IMG/VR virus record: IMGVR_UViG_3300020200_000004
Direction: 5' to 3' (one strand)
DNA length: 47,954 bases
From: a virus
Taxonomy: Duplodnaviria; Heunggongvirae; Uroviricota; Caudoviricetes
The translations under genes and the position numbers were made by a program. Each line of letters opens with the position of its first letter. Positions within the stretch are counted from its first letter, which is position 1. The notes under the pieces were generated by a model that saw only the letters and a program-made list of their open reading frames with translations, made no database searches and had not been told where the DNA came from. This document shows, in pieces, positions 1-8,665 of this stretch.

Positions 1-264
1 AAGGGATCAATTGGAATGATTATAACAGGCATTTCAAGAGGGGGACTTTTGTTCAAAGACGAAAAGTAATTAAAAAGTTTTCGGCTATGGATATTGAAGC
101 TTTGCCCCCAATGCATGAAGCTAGACTTAATCCAAATTTAATGGTAGAAAGAAGTGAAATTCAAGAACTTGATATGCCGCCTTTTATTAAAGTGACCAAC
201 AAGGCAGATGTAATTTTTAACGGTGCTGAACCTTTGACAGAATTTAATTGTACCAAGGAAAGCC

Positions 265-594
265 ATGAAAACTAAAAAAGCAAAAAAAGCTTTCCTTGAT
301 GGCTATAAAACCTATTCCCCAGAGAAGGAAGGCTATGGTTCTCCCTCTGATTGGGTAGAGAATTTCCGTTCTAGGATGGGTTTAAATGAAGCCAAAGAGG
401 TTCTAGGAGACAATGATCCCTTTAACATCCTTGGACTGCCTAAAGGGGCAAGCTGGGGCGAAATTAAGTCAGCCTACCGTAAACTGGCCATGCAAACTCA
501 TCCTGACCGCAACCCAGGTGATGAGGAAGCTGCTATTAAATTTAAGAAAGTCCAAGCTGCGTATGAAATTCTAGAGGCAAGATATAAGGAGTAA
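265..594 (+). CDS. J-domain (DnaJ-type) co-chaperone
   Basis: C-terminal [33 protein letters not shown] with the HPD motif; preceded by motif B. Confidence 0.9.
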   Translation: MKTKKAKKAFLDGYKTYSPEKEGYGSPSDWVENFRSRMGLNEAKEVLGDNDPFNILGLPKGASWGEIKSAYRKLAMQTHPDRNPGDEEAAIKFKKVQAAYEILEARYKE

Positions 595-660
595 ATTAAA
601 GATAAAATTTTCCAGAAAGTTTTCTTTGACAAAAAGTAGCAAATTTGTTATTGAAGTTAT

Positions 661-696
661 GTGCCGTTCTATTCTTACGGGGATAGAAGGATGCAC
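661..696 (+). repeat. 36-nt hairpin repeat A, copy 1
   Basis: GTGCCGTTCTATTCTTACGGGGATAGAAGGATGCAC; a degenerate partial copy follows at about 706-730. Confidence 0.92.
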
Positions 697-725
697 ACCC
701 ATTTAGCATTCTTACGGAGATAAAA

Positions 726-962
726 ATGCATGATGAAGGGCATTGGCGTTTAAAAGTAGATGAAGAGGGGTATTGTCCTTGGCATTTAACAGAAAAAATC
801 GCTGTTAAATGTCATGAAGAAGGTATATCAGCAAAGGATGGATTTGGTCTAATCTATAAAATTGAAGGTGATGATCGTCCCAAATATGTTCGCTGGATAA
901 TATCTGACATACAATATAAAATAAATAGGTTAATCAATGCATTCTCAAAAACTAAAAATTGA
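726..962 (+). CDS. hypothetical protein
   Basis: 78-aa ORF whose ATG lies at the end of the degenerate repeat A copy. Confidence 0.6.
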   Translation: MHDEGHWRLKVDEEGYCPWHLTEKIAVKCHEEGISAKDGFGLIYKIEGDDRPKYVRWIISDIQYKINRLINAFSKTKN

Positions 963-1022
963 AAGTTTACCGATTGAATTGCAAAATATTTATGATAAAT
1001 TGCATTGGTCAAAAGTATTGGA

Positions 1023-1058
1023 GTGCCGTTCTATTCTTACGGGGATAGAAGGATGCAC
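1023..1058 (+). repeat. 36-nt hairpin repeat A, copy 2
   Basis: Identical to copy 1. Confidence 0.92.
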
Positions 1059-1118
1059 AGTGTATTCCTTTAGACTCCGAACCAATACATATTTGTGGCA
1101 TGAATTGATTGTAATTTA

Positions 1119-1406
1119 TCATATAGGTCGATATTGTCTCGTAACAACTTCAATATTCTCTAATTCTTGTGGTAATGGCGGACTGTAAGCTGTATCATTA
1201 GGGTTTTCTTTTTGTATACTTCTGGCATTGTCAATAATTTGTCTTGCTTGAATAGGATTAATGATTTCTTCAGACGGTGCATATGGGTTTTTAGTTGGTC
1301 TGCCTAATTGTAATGCTTGATATGCAGCCAGAAAGCGGCCTCTACGGTATTGATGCCTTGGATTAGGGATAAATTCGTCACCCATGAATTCTCTGAAAGT
1401 AACCAT
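1119..1406 (-). CDS. hypothetical protein with MxxFxEFxxxE-type N-terminus
   Basis: 95-aa ORF (MVTFREFMGDE), inverted relative to its neighbours and bracketed by repeat A copies; ATAGATA upstream. Confidence 0.65.
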   Translation of the reverse strand: MVTFREFMGDEFIPNPRHQYRRGRFLAAYQALQLGRPTKNPYAPSEEIINPIQARQIIDNARSIQKENPNDTAYSPPLPQELENIEVVTRQYRPI

Positions 1407-1423
1407 GATAATTATCTATTCAA

Positions 1424-1460
1424 GTATCGTTCTATTCTTACGGGAATACGAAGGATGTAC
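1424..1460 (+). repeat. hairpin repeat A, copy 3
   Basis: GTATCGTTCTATTCTTACGGGAATACGAAGGATGTAC. Confidence 0.85.
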
Positions 1461-1516
1461 TCTAATCAACTTCAAGCAATTTTAATTGTACCAAGGAGAA
1501 ATAAAAAAGGAAAAAA

Positions 1517-1768
1517 ATGGCTAACCAATTACAAGTCCTGCGAATCCCTGTAAAAGATGCTCTGCCCGATAACGATCAATGGACGAATCGCTTCGAAATT
1601 CGTAGTCAAACCAGTAATCGTGTGTATATTGTGGCTCAGAATAAGGCTAAACGGCACTTCGGGTGCAGTTGCCCGGCGTACCGTGTTCACCGTCATTGCA
1701 AGCATCTGAAGGCTTTGGCCCTTCCTTGCTATGAAAAGCCTCATGAAGTTCAAGTTACTAAGGGGTAA
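1517..1768 (+). CDS. SWIM-type zinc finger protein
   Basis: CSCPAYRVHRHCKH (CxC..CxH) preceded by a Y-x-V beta segment; follows motif B at 1481. Confidence 0.75.
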   Translation: MANQLQVLRIPVKDALPDNDQWTNRFEIRSQTSNRVYIVAQNKAKRHFGCSCPAYRVHRHCKHLKALALPCYEKPHEVQVTKG

Positions 1769-1976
1769 ATTATGAAAAACCCTTTTGACCAATTAAGTTG
1801 GATAGGATTGTTGTTTTTGCTAGAACGCACAGACTTTAATGAACCTTAGATGGGTTTGGATTTGCTTCAACTATGAGACAAGAGTTGTTAGAGGCAGCGA
1901 ATCGCAAAGTTCAAGCAAATAATAATGATCCAATTATGATGGGAGTTCTTCAACAAATTCGCAAAAGATTAAATTA

Positions 1977-2246
1977 ATGGAAAAATATAACGGTCAAACA
2001 CTTGGATGGGGACCGTGGCGTAAGGATTGGTATAGTATCTGTTCCGCACACAGAAACTACGATTCTGAATGCCATTTGTGTGCCGCTGGCCATTATTGCA
2101 ATAAATGGAAGTTGTTTTTGTGGCATATCGTTTTTAAAATTTCCCCTAAGTTGTGGCAATGGTGGGCAAATCAGCCAAACAGAAAGTCTAGAAAATTCAT
2201 TGAAGAGGTTTTCCCTAATCTAAGGCACGAAGATAACATCCAGTAA
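1977..2246 (+). CDS. hypothetical protein (Cys/His/Trp-rich)
   Basis: 89-aa co-oriented ORF. Confidence 0.6.
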   Translation: MEKYNGQTLGWGPWRKDWYSICSAHRNYDSECHLCAAGHYCNKWKLFLWHIVFKISPKLWQWWANQPNRKSRKFIEEVFPNLRHEDNIQ

Positions 2247-2255
2247 AAACCAAAA

Positions 2256-2291
2256 GTACCGTTCTGTTCTTACGGGAATAGAAGGATGTAC
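2256..2291 (+). repeat. hairpin repeat A, copy 4
   Basis: GTACCGTTCTGTTCTTACGGGAATAGAAGGATGTAC. Confidence 0.9.
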
Positions 2292-2335
2292 TACGCATAG
2301 ACAGAAACTAAAATTTTGGATATAATATTGATACC

Positions 2336-2371
2336 GTGCCGTTTTATCCTCAAGGGGACAAAAGGATGCAC
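2336..2371 (+). repeat. hairpin repeat A, copy 5
   Basis: GTGCCGTTTTATCCTCAAGGGGACAAAAGGATGCAC. Confidence 0.88.
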
Positions 2372-2650
2372 ACATTACCAGATTTTGAATATAAAGGCTG
2401 GGAACTCAATGATGCCTTGAATGCCATTTATGCATATGATAAAGGTTTTACAGATTCAGGCGTCAGTGATCCAATCATGATGCAGGCTGTAAGTGATTAT
2501 TTTGGTAAACTGGATAGAAATCAAACTGAATTAGTTGTATCAAATTATCTGTTTAAATATTGTTTATCACCAGAGGCTATTATGGCTGGTTATGGTGTCG
2601 CTGATGCACAAGAATTCATTAAATGGTGGGAAGAAAATTTTTATTTATAG
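2366..2650 (+). CDS. hypothetical protein
   Basis: Start reassigned to the ATG inside the 3' end of repeat A (MHTLPDFEY...). Confidence 0.65.
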   Translation: MHTLPDFEYKGWELNDALNAIYAYDKGFTDSGVSDPIMMQAVSDYFGKLDRNQTELVVSNYLFKYCLSPEAIMAGYGVADAQEFIKWWEENFYL

Positions 2651-2664
2651 AAGGGAGTAACTAA

Positions 2665-3051
2665 TTGAAACCAACTACTCGCAATATTATCGTTGACATT
2701 ATTATCAGCGATCATCAAACTAAAGGCAATGCTTATCTGCCTCATCAAGATAAAGTTGAATTAACGAATTACTTAGTTCACGTTTTAGTTAATCCAGCGA
2801 CATTAAAAAGGCATTTGCAATTCTTAGCTGATATGAATGTTAAACCTAATTGCGCAGTAGATAGCGAAACGGCCAATTTGATGCTTCATGAAGGTTTAGA
2901 TAATATTAATAAGTCGGCAATTGCTAAACTGGCTATTGATAAAATTGCTTTGATTTTTCTTCATAGGCAAATCGACAAATTAACTCCTGAAAAGTGGATA
3001 AAGGCGATTGAAGCTGAAGGTGTTAAGAAGCTAGTACCTCAAGAGAAATGA
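2665..3051 (+). CDS. hypothetical protein
   Basis: 128-aa co-oriented ORF with GGGAG upstream. Confidence 0.6.
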   Translation: MKPTTRNIIVDIIISDHQTKGNAYLPHQDKVELTNYLVHVLVNPATLKRHLQFLADMNVKPNCAVDSETANLMLHEGLDNINKSAIAKLAIDKIALIFLHRQIDKLTPEKWIKAIEAEGVKKLVPQEK

Positions 3052-3052
3052 A

Positions 3053-3325
3053 ATGAAATATTTTCTTATTGTTTTATGTTTGTTCATTTGTGGATGCAGA
3101 AAACAAAATAATAAAGCTGTAGAAGCTGTGTCTGTCCGACCCGTTTTTGCAAGCCAAGAAGATTTTTTATCTCAATTTCCAACAGATTCAAAAAACATCA
3201 AAGATATTGGCAATGGCTGGTTTACATTTGATTGTGTAGTTTCGGGAAAAAACAGAACCTTTTTGCTGGGGCGATATAGAACCTACGGCAGCTATATCTC
3301 AGGGACAATTACGGAGTTAAAGTGA
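3053..3325 (+). CDS. putative lipoprotein
   Basis: MK + hydrophobic stretch + ICGC lipobox-like sequence. Confidence 0.5.
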   Translation: MKYFLIVLCLFICGCRKQNNKAVEAVSVRPVFASQEDFLSQFPTDSKNIKDIGNGWFTFDCVVSGKNRTFLLGRYRTYGSYISGTITELK

Positions 3326-3479
3326 TAAAGTGATGACTATGACCAAAGAAGATTTAAAGGATTGCGATGAAACACCCACTTTAATTCTAAGTTTACCTGA
3401 ACATGGTTTAATTGTAAATGTAGTTGATCTTGTAGCAAATAGAGAAGATAATTCAGTTAGAGTAATAGTAAGAATTTAA

Positions 3480-3845
3480 ATGGAAGGGAAAGTGATGGAC
3501 CAAAAAACATGGCAGGAATTCTATTGCAATAAATGTCCAGGCGGCAACTACATCATGGTCAAACTCAATATAGGGCTTGACTATACTGTAGCTGTTGTTT
3601 GCCCTATGTGTGGCGCTAAACATGAACGCACAATTGAAAAGGGGCAAATCTTTGATAGAGGCAAAAAAAATAATTATATAGAAGAAATCTGCCCACCTAA
3701 ATCTGCTTGTAGTAAAGAAGCAAGACATTCTAAAATTAAACCTGGAGCAAGAGATGGTGCTATAGTTAAAACAGATAAAGATTTAGTCAGAGATAGCATC
3801 ATGCGTGAACTTTGGTTAAGCTATCATGGTGGCGAGCAAGATTAA
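3480..3845 (+). CDS. hypothetical zinc-ribbon protein
   Basis: CNKC...CPMC pairs. Confidence 0.6.
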   Translation: MEGKVMDQKTWQEFYCNKCPGGNYIMVKLNIGLDYTVAVVCPMCGAKHERTIEKGQIFDRGKKNNYIEEICPPKSACSKEARHSKIKPGARDGAIVKTDKDLVRDSIMRELWLSYHGGEQD

Positions 3846-4122
3846 TGGTATTGAACTTTTAAATAAAAAGCATCTCGGTTGGAAAGAAAAGATTGATAAA
3901 GATAAGATCAAGATGGAATGGGGAAATCCTGAACCCTTTACCGGCTGCGGTTGTATTTTGACACAGATTTATGGGCTATATGCTAAAGGTTTGTTAGAAG
4001 TGTGCCCAGATTATAAAGAAAAAGGCGGCTATCGTGGTTCTGCTGTTTACTATGGTTTTACGATAGCTGAATCAGATACCTATTTCAATGAATTAACAGA
4101 AGAATGGAAAAAACAATTATAA
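3826..4122 (+). CDS. hypothetical protein
   Basis: 98-aa ORF; stop directly precedes repeat A copy 6. Confidence 0.55.
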   Translation: MVASKINGIELLNKKHLGWKEKIDKDKIKMEWGNPEPFTGCGCILTQIYGLYAKGLLEVCPDYKEKGGYRGSAVYYGFTIAESDTYFNELTEEWKKQL

Positions 4123-4123
4123 T

Positions 4124-4159
4124 GTGCCGTTTTATTCTCAAGGGAATAAAAGGATGCAC
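4124..4159 (+). repeat. hairpin repeat A, copy 6
   Basis: GTGCCGTTTTATTCTCAAGGGAATAAAAGGATGCAC. Confidence 0.9.
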
Positions 4160-4182
4160 GAAAAAACAACTAGAGACTGAAA

Positions 4183-5025
4183 ATGCGTAGAGGCAATAAT
4201 AATTCCTGGTTAATGCTGTCCAATTTAGTCCCCGAAACCAAAAATGATGTTCTACTTGGCATCAATTTAGGCGCTGACTACACTGCGGAGCATGAATGGG
4301 GAATTGATGGTCTTAAACAATCATTCAAGATCAAGGATGAAGGTTTAGGTATTGAAAAGAGACGTATAGAAGATTGCTCAAAAGTTGAATACAGCGAAAA
4401 AGTTAAAACTGTAAAGAAAACAAAGACAAAAGAAGCAGTCTTATTTGTTAATCGCTATGGTTTGCCAAATTTCGCTGATAGGATTTGTGAAGATGGCGAA
4501 CTAAATTGGCCTTGTTATTTTAATCCTACTATTCCAAAGGATTTAGTAACAGCTTGGAGCGAAGATGATTTTGGCATTCGTGTAAGAAACGAAGAAGTTG
4601 CCAAACTTAATGAACTTTATCAAGAATTTAAGAAAAAGAATGTCGCTGTTTGGGTAGGTGGTGGCCATGTTTTCCAAAACGGTGGTCTTATTTTTGGAAT
4701 TATTGATAGGATTCCAGAACAATATAAACAACAAATGTATGATAGCGACCTGGACAGGCAGAACTTAAATGAAGCTGCTGAAAAGACAGGTATTAAAAAG
4801 AAATTGGAAGATGCAGATAAAGGTAAAAGATGGGAACTTAAGGAGTTTGGCTTTTATGCATTAAGTCCACGATGGGCCAAAGAACGAAAAGAAATTGAAA
4901 CACAATACCCTGTAATTTTCTGGCTTAACCCTAACCATCAAGATAGGTTTAAAGCTGGGTATTTTAGTGTGGAAAATTTGAAAGATTGGATGCTGAATAA
5001 GGGTCCGATTATCAAAAAGTCATGA
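4183..5025 (+). CDS. hypothetical protein (280 aa)
   Basis: Long ORF with phage-like AT-rich codon usage. Confidence 0.8.
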   Translation: MRRGNNNSWLMLSNLVPETKNDVLLGINLGADYTAEHEWGIDGLKQSFKIKDEGLGIEKRRIEDCSKVEYSEKVKTVKKTKTKEAVLFVNRYGLPNFADRICEDGELNWPCYFNPTIPKDLVTAWSEDDFGIRVRNEEVAKLNELYQEFKKKNVAVWVGGGHVFQNGGLIFGIIDRIPEQYKQQMYDSDLDRQNLNEAAEKTGIKKKLEDADKGKRWELKEFGFYALSPRWAKERKEIETQYPVIFWLNPNHQDRFKAGYFSVENLKDWMLNKGPIIKKS

Positions 5026-5539
5026 GTTACAAAGATCACGCCAAGATTAGTCAATTACGCTATACCGATCCGAAACTTTCAAAAACCGGCTTTGAATTTA
5101 AAGTTGACCGCTGGTTTACGCCAGTAATCGACCCTGATAACTTGGCTTATTATTCTTTATTTAAGCCATTTAATCTGTCATATTATCTAAGCCCACGTCT
5201 GCCTATTGACATGGGTTTGACTGACTTTGAGACAATATTTGGGAAAGTGCCTAATGTATTGAGAATGCCCATTAAGTTTCCCAATACTGAATACAGAATC
5301 CCAAAGGAATTTGCTAGACTTCAACCATTCTTTCAAAGATTAGCTGGATATGAGGCTTGGATTAATGAACAGCATGATAGTTCTTTCGCTCATATGGCAT
5401 TACCCAACAGTTTATTTGAGAAGCGGGTGTCGGTCAACGGGACTTTGAATATCATATTCTTTAATTTTTCCGAGTTATCTGTGAAGGATTCATTGATCCA
5501 GAGTTTGAAGTTTCGCATGAAATAGTTATAGATATGGTT

Positions 5540-6022
5540 ATGAAATTTAAAGAGTGGTTTAGATTAGATGAAGGATTGCAGATCATACACATTGATCCAG
5601 AAGAGGATTGGGAGTATGGGGAGCAGGCTTATCAGATAGCTAAGATGGTAAATATTCGTCCATCACGGAACAAGAATCCTACGATAATTGCCTTAAACGA
5701 CAAATCGGAGGTAATTGGTGCGGCATTTACGTCATGGGAGGACGATCATGATGCTACGCAAGAGGCAGGGGAGCCGATAGCTCATTATGATTTTGATGTT
5801 GTGGTACATCCATCGTGGCAGGGATATGAGATGGTGGGGATGAAGTTGATACGTCAGGCGGAATTAGAGCGTAAGAATTTAGAATCACAATATGGTCAGA
5901 AGGCATATACACGAACTTGGGTAGTGAATCCGAAGTTAGCTAGGGTATTACAGACGCCACGCTATGGATACGAGGCAGATTCCGAGTATTCTGATGGTTC
6001 TGCTCATTTGAGGAAGTGGTAA
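5540..6022 (+). CDS. GNAT-family acetyltransferase-like protein
   Basis: EVIGAA beta strand and DVVVHPSWQGYEMVGMKLIRQAE (motif A-like); N-terminus MKFKEW..DE; TATAGATA upstream. Confidence 0.6.
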   Translation: MKFKEWFRLDEGLQIIHIDPEEDWEYGEQAYQIAKMVNIRPSRNKNPTIIALNDKSEVIGAAFTSWEDDHDATQEAGEPIAHYDFDVVVHPSWQGYEMVGMKLIRQAELERKNLESQYGQKAYTRTWVVNPKLARVLQTPRYGYEADSEYSDGSAHLRKW

Positions 6023-6225
6023 TGTTTAAAAAATGGTTAGAGAATGAGGAATTAGTGCAATAAAAACGAAATGCACGAAATGTCACTCATTCAATTGTCT
6101 TTATTTGAAGATGGTCGTCTATTTGCATGACGGTCATCATCGTGTTGTATCGACGTTTCTGGCGGGGCGGAAAGAACTCGATCCATCCGAATATCATGTC
6201 ACCAATTGGACCTATTCGGTAGGCA
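6022..6225 (+). pseudogene. Disrupted ParB/sulfiredoxin-like gene fragment
   Basis: YLHDGHHR motif; broken frame after MFKKWLENEE; truncated at the GC-rich junction. Confidence 0.45.
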
Positions 6226-6235
6226 TTAAGGCTCC

Positions 6236-6664
6236 TTATAGGCCACGGACGATTTGGCGGAAGTGGTCCACGTCTTCACGGCTGTCCTGGATTTGTCCTT
6301 CAAGGAAAATCTCAAGCCACTGCCCATCAACGCCTCCTAACTCGTCAGAGTCACGCATACGCTTGACGTAGTTGGTGACTACCTCTTCTTCCATCGTCAA
6401 GGCATACCGAAGTATATCCTTCGGGTCCGTCATGAGGGGGAAACTATTGCTTTCTTCCGTGGCTTTTCCACCCAGGCCCACGATCACGTCCGAGAAGGCC
6501 GTAACGTGAAGCATCTCGCCAGCGGCTTCTTTGAGGAATAATTCCTTGTATTCCTCGCAGTGGAGGCCCTGGACGGCGCTGGCGTGATACAGGTAGAAGC
6601 GAAGATGCTTCCACTCGTTCTTGAGATCGTCGTTCAGCAAGTCAATCATCTGTTGCTTGTTCAT
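6236..6664 (-). CDS. Ferritin/bacterioferritin-like protein
   Basis: 142 aa from MNKQQ; ferroxidase-like ligands NE..EEY..EAAGEMLH..MEEEV..EDVDH; GC-rich codons. Confidence 0.85.
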   Translation of the reverse strand: MNKQQMIDLLNDDLKNEWKHLRFYLYHASAVQGLHCEEYKELFLKEAAGEMLHVTAFSDVIVGLGGKATEESNSFPLMTDPKDILRYALTMEEEVVTNYVKRMRDSDELGGVDGQWLEIFLEGQIQDSREDVDHFRQIVRGL

Positions 6665-6672
6665 TCTTTTCT

Positions 6673-6855
6673 TTACTTTCCAAAGGGCGTCGTGCCGTGG
6701 TCGTGGGAGTATTCCATTTCCTTGAAACCGCCGTAGTTGAACGACGGCCTTTCGTTGGATTGGGCGACTTGCCAAGCCAACTCAAAAGCGTAGCACGCCA
6801 CGCTTTGAATGCCCGCCATGTTGATCCGGTCAACCGTGTCGCTAGGCGTATGGTA
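6673..6855 (-). pseudogene. C-terminal fragment of an M28-family peptidase
   Basis: YHTPSDTVDRIN motif at the insert edge; no N-terminal part present. Confidence 0.6.
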
Positions 6856-7622
6856 GGCACTGATGCATCTGAAATTGAACCAGATCATTACCATCGTTTC
6901 CCCGGATTTCATGGCGATGGCATTCAAGGGACTAAATTAACTCCAAAGGTAAATGTTGAGCATTCTTATATTGTAACGACTGCTCCAGCTACAGAGTTTT
7001 GCTTGCAACCATTCTTCCTTAAACATTTGGATGAAGCAAAGCATAATTTCTTTTTGGAATTTGACAAGCAAGCCAAAAAAGATAACATTTATACATCTTT
7101 ACCGGGGCATTTGTATCTGATTGATCCTTATATGGTTCATAGGACACCTAAGATTACTAAAAAGTGCAGAAGGGTATTCGTCAGGATTACATATGCATTT
7201 ACTGAATTGCAACATCCTAAAAATACTGTGAACCCTATGTTTGAAGGGCAGCAATATGAAAAAAGGGTGGATATCAGAGAAAATCTAACACCTTTTGAAT
7301 TTGCTGTGCCTTATCATCTGTATGGAATTAATTGTACCAAGAAAGCGTAGATAAGGCTTGACTTTAGAGAATCACATTTGTAGGATAAGTGATTCTCTGG
7401 TTTTTACAATTTCAAAAAGGACAAGGAAAATGTCGAAAACGGAGTATTTGCTAAGAAGTGTGTTGCGGAATGTGAATCAGATTCAAGCAGATGATGAATT
7501 CACAAAAAATAGGCTATCCGATATATCCTATTTTACCAAAGCAGCTATAATTGCCCAAGAATTCCATGAACAATATACTGCTGATGACCAAAGGGGCCGG
7601 GATAAACTACGTGATAGGAGCA

Positions 7623-7794
7623 ATTATTTTTTGAAGACCATTGACCATTAGTTGCCAACCACCTGTGCCGGTTTTTGTTTGTGCATATTGGTCAATTAGT
7701 TGTTTTATTTGTAATTGGATTGGTCCGGTTGAACTCGGCGTGTTGTCAAGTTGTTGGGCGGCTGTTTTATTGGTATTGATAGACTTGTGGAGCA
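7623..7794. mobile_element. 172-bp insert flanked by GGAGCA direct repeats
   Basis: GGAGCA at 7617-7622 and 7789-7794; carries an antisense coding fragment. Confidence 0.6.
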
Positions 7795-8020
7795 TTTTTA
7801 TGAAGCAAAAATTCAGTGTAGCGGAAGACACGACAGGCGACAAAGTGCATAAAATCATGGTGGAAAACTGCCCTACTTCTGGGCTTCAACGAACAGAACA
7901 AATAGGTATGTATTTTTGGAATAGAATTTGGCTAATGCGTCCATGTACTTTAAGTGAGATAGAACATATAGTTAAAGTTGTCAAAGACTTAGAAGACCAA
8001 CTTTGGGGTGTGGGAGAAAC

Positions 8021-8183
8021 GTGCTGCAAGTAGAGCGTCACCATCACAAAGGCAACGATCAGATCGTCGCCCTCTGCAAGACCAGCAAGGAGTTGTACAA
8101 GCAAGTAGTTATCACGCCCAAGACCTTCGGGTTCGTGATTGACGTGCAGTACGAAGTACCCGATCAGCCAAAAGGTGAGAAAC
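8021..8183. mobile_element. 163-bp GC-rich insert flanked by GAGAAAC direct repeats
   Basis: GAGAAAC at 8014-8020 and 8177-8183; C/G-ending codons unlike the flanks. Confidence 0.65.
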
Positions 8184-8409
8184 ATAAAGGTGTTTGTGCC
8201 ATAGGCAGGAAAGTAATCAGGGACGAGGATGTTTCAAGGAACGGTTTGTTTCCGTCATCGTCCAATAGGAGAATTGCCAGTAATTAATGAATGTGTAATA
8301 TGTAGAGAACCATTTTACATGTGGCTTTGTTCAGATATCGTATGGCATGGACTCCCAAAAAAACTATGGAAAAAAACAATCTGTGAAAACTGTTTTGTGA
8401 GTAAAATCA

Positions 8410-8658
8410 ATGGCTGTAAAACTAAAAAAGCGTGTCGTTAGAGAAACAAATGAAGTTGATAGCAGAACCGGCAAACCCCTTATCATCATGTTGGCAGAGG
8501 GTGGGAAGCTAGTTCGCATTAAAGTTAAGAATGAACGTACTTGGTATACCGTTTCAATTAAAGAAATATATGTAATGGGTGGCAGAAATAAGGCTGATGA
8601 TATAAAAAGGGAGAAATTGGCTCGAAAAGAGGAAAGAAAACGGTTAAAACTAGTATAG
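8410..8658 (+). CDS. hypothetical basic protein
   Basis: 82-aa Lys/Arg-rich ORF. Confidence 0.7.
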   Translation: MAVKLKKRVVRETNEVDSRTGKPLIIMLAEGGKLVRIKVKNERTWYTVSIKEIYVMGGRNKADDIKREKLARKEERKRLKLV

Positions 8659-8665
8659 ATAGTGT

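Larger units (their letters stand above)
5398..6853. mobile_element. Composite inserted block (G-rich phage-like part ~5398-6225 plus GC-rich part ~6226-6855)
   Basis: Abrupt composition changes; TATGG at 5393-5397/6849-6853; GGTAGGCA at 6218-6225/6852-6859; genes truncated at both ends; no transposase. Confidence 0.6.
5022..7350 (+). pseudogene. 2OG-Fe(II) dioxygenase-like gene split by a ~1.46 kb insert (N-part 5022-5397, C-part ~6854-7350)
   Basis: C-part has GFHGDG (HxD), YMVHRTP (H) and RVFVRITY (R) but a chimeric GC-rich 5' end. N-part ends at SSFAHM. Joining at the TATGG direct repeat restores one frame. Confidence 0.6.
7430..8187 (+). pseudogene. Hypothetical gene interrupted by two short inserts
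   Basis: Removing 7623-7794 and 8021-8183 gives a single frame MSKTEY...RDRSIFMKQK...WGVGET-TAA. Confidence 0.65.

Noticed and set aside
661-696. Repeat A as group II intron domain V (GTGCCGT resembles GAGCCGT)
   Set aside because: No AGC/CGC triad, no GNRA loop, no domain VI and no reverse transcriptase.
6105-6927. Track ORFs 6105-6371, 6697-7350 (5' part), 6642-6860 and the 6673-6927 N-terminus as real genes
   Set aside because: They run across insert junctions and are chimeric or antisense to the ferritin gene.
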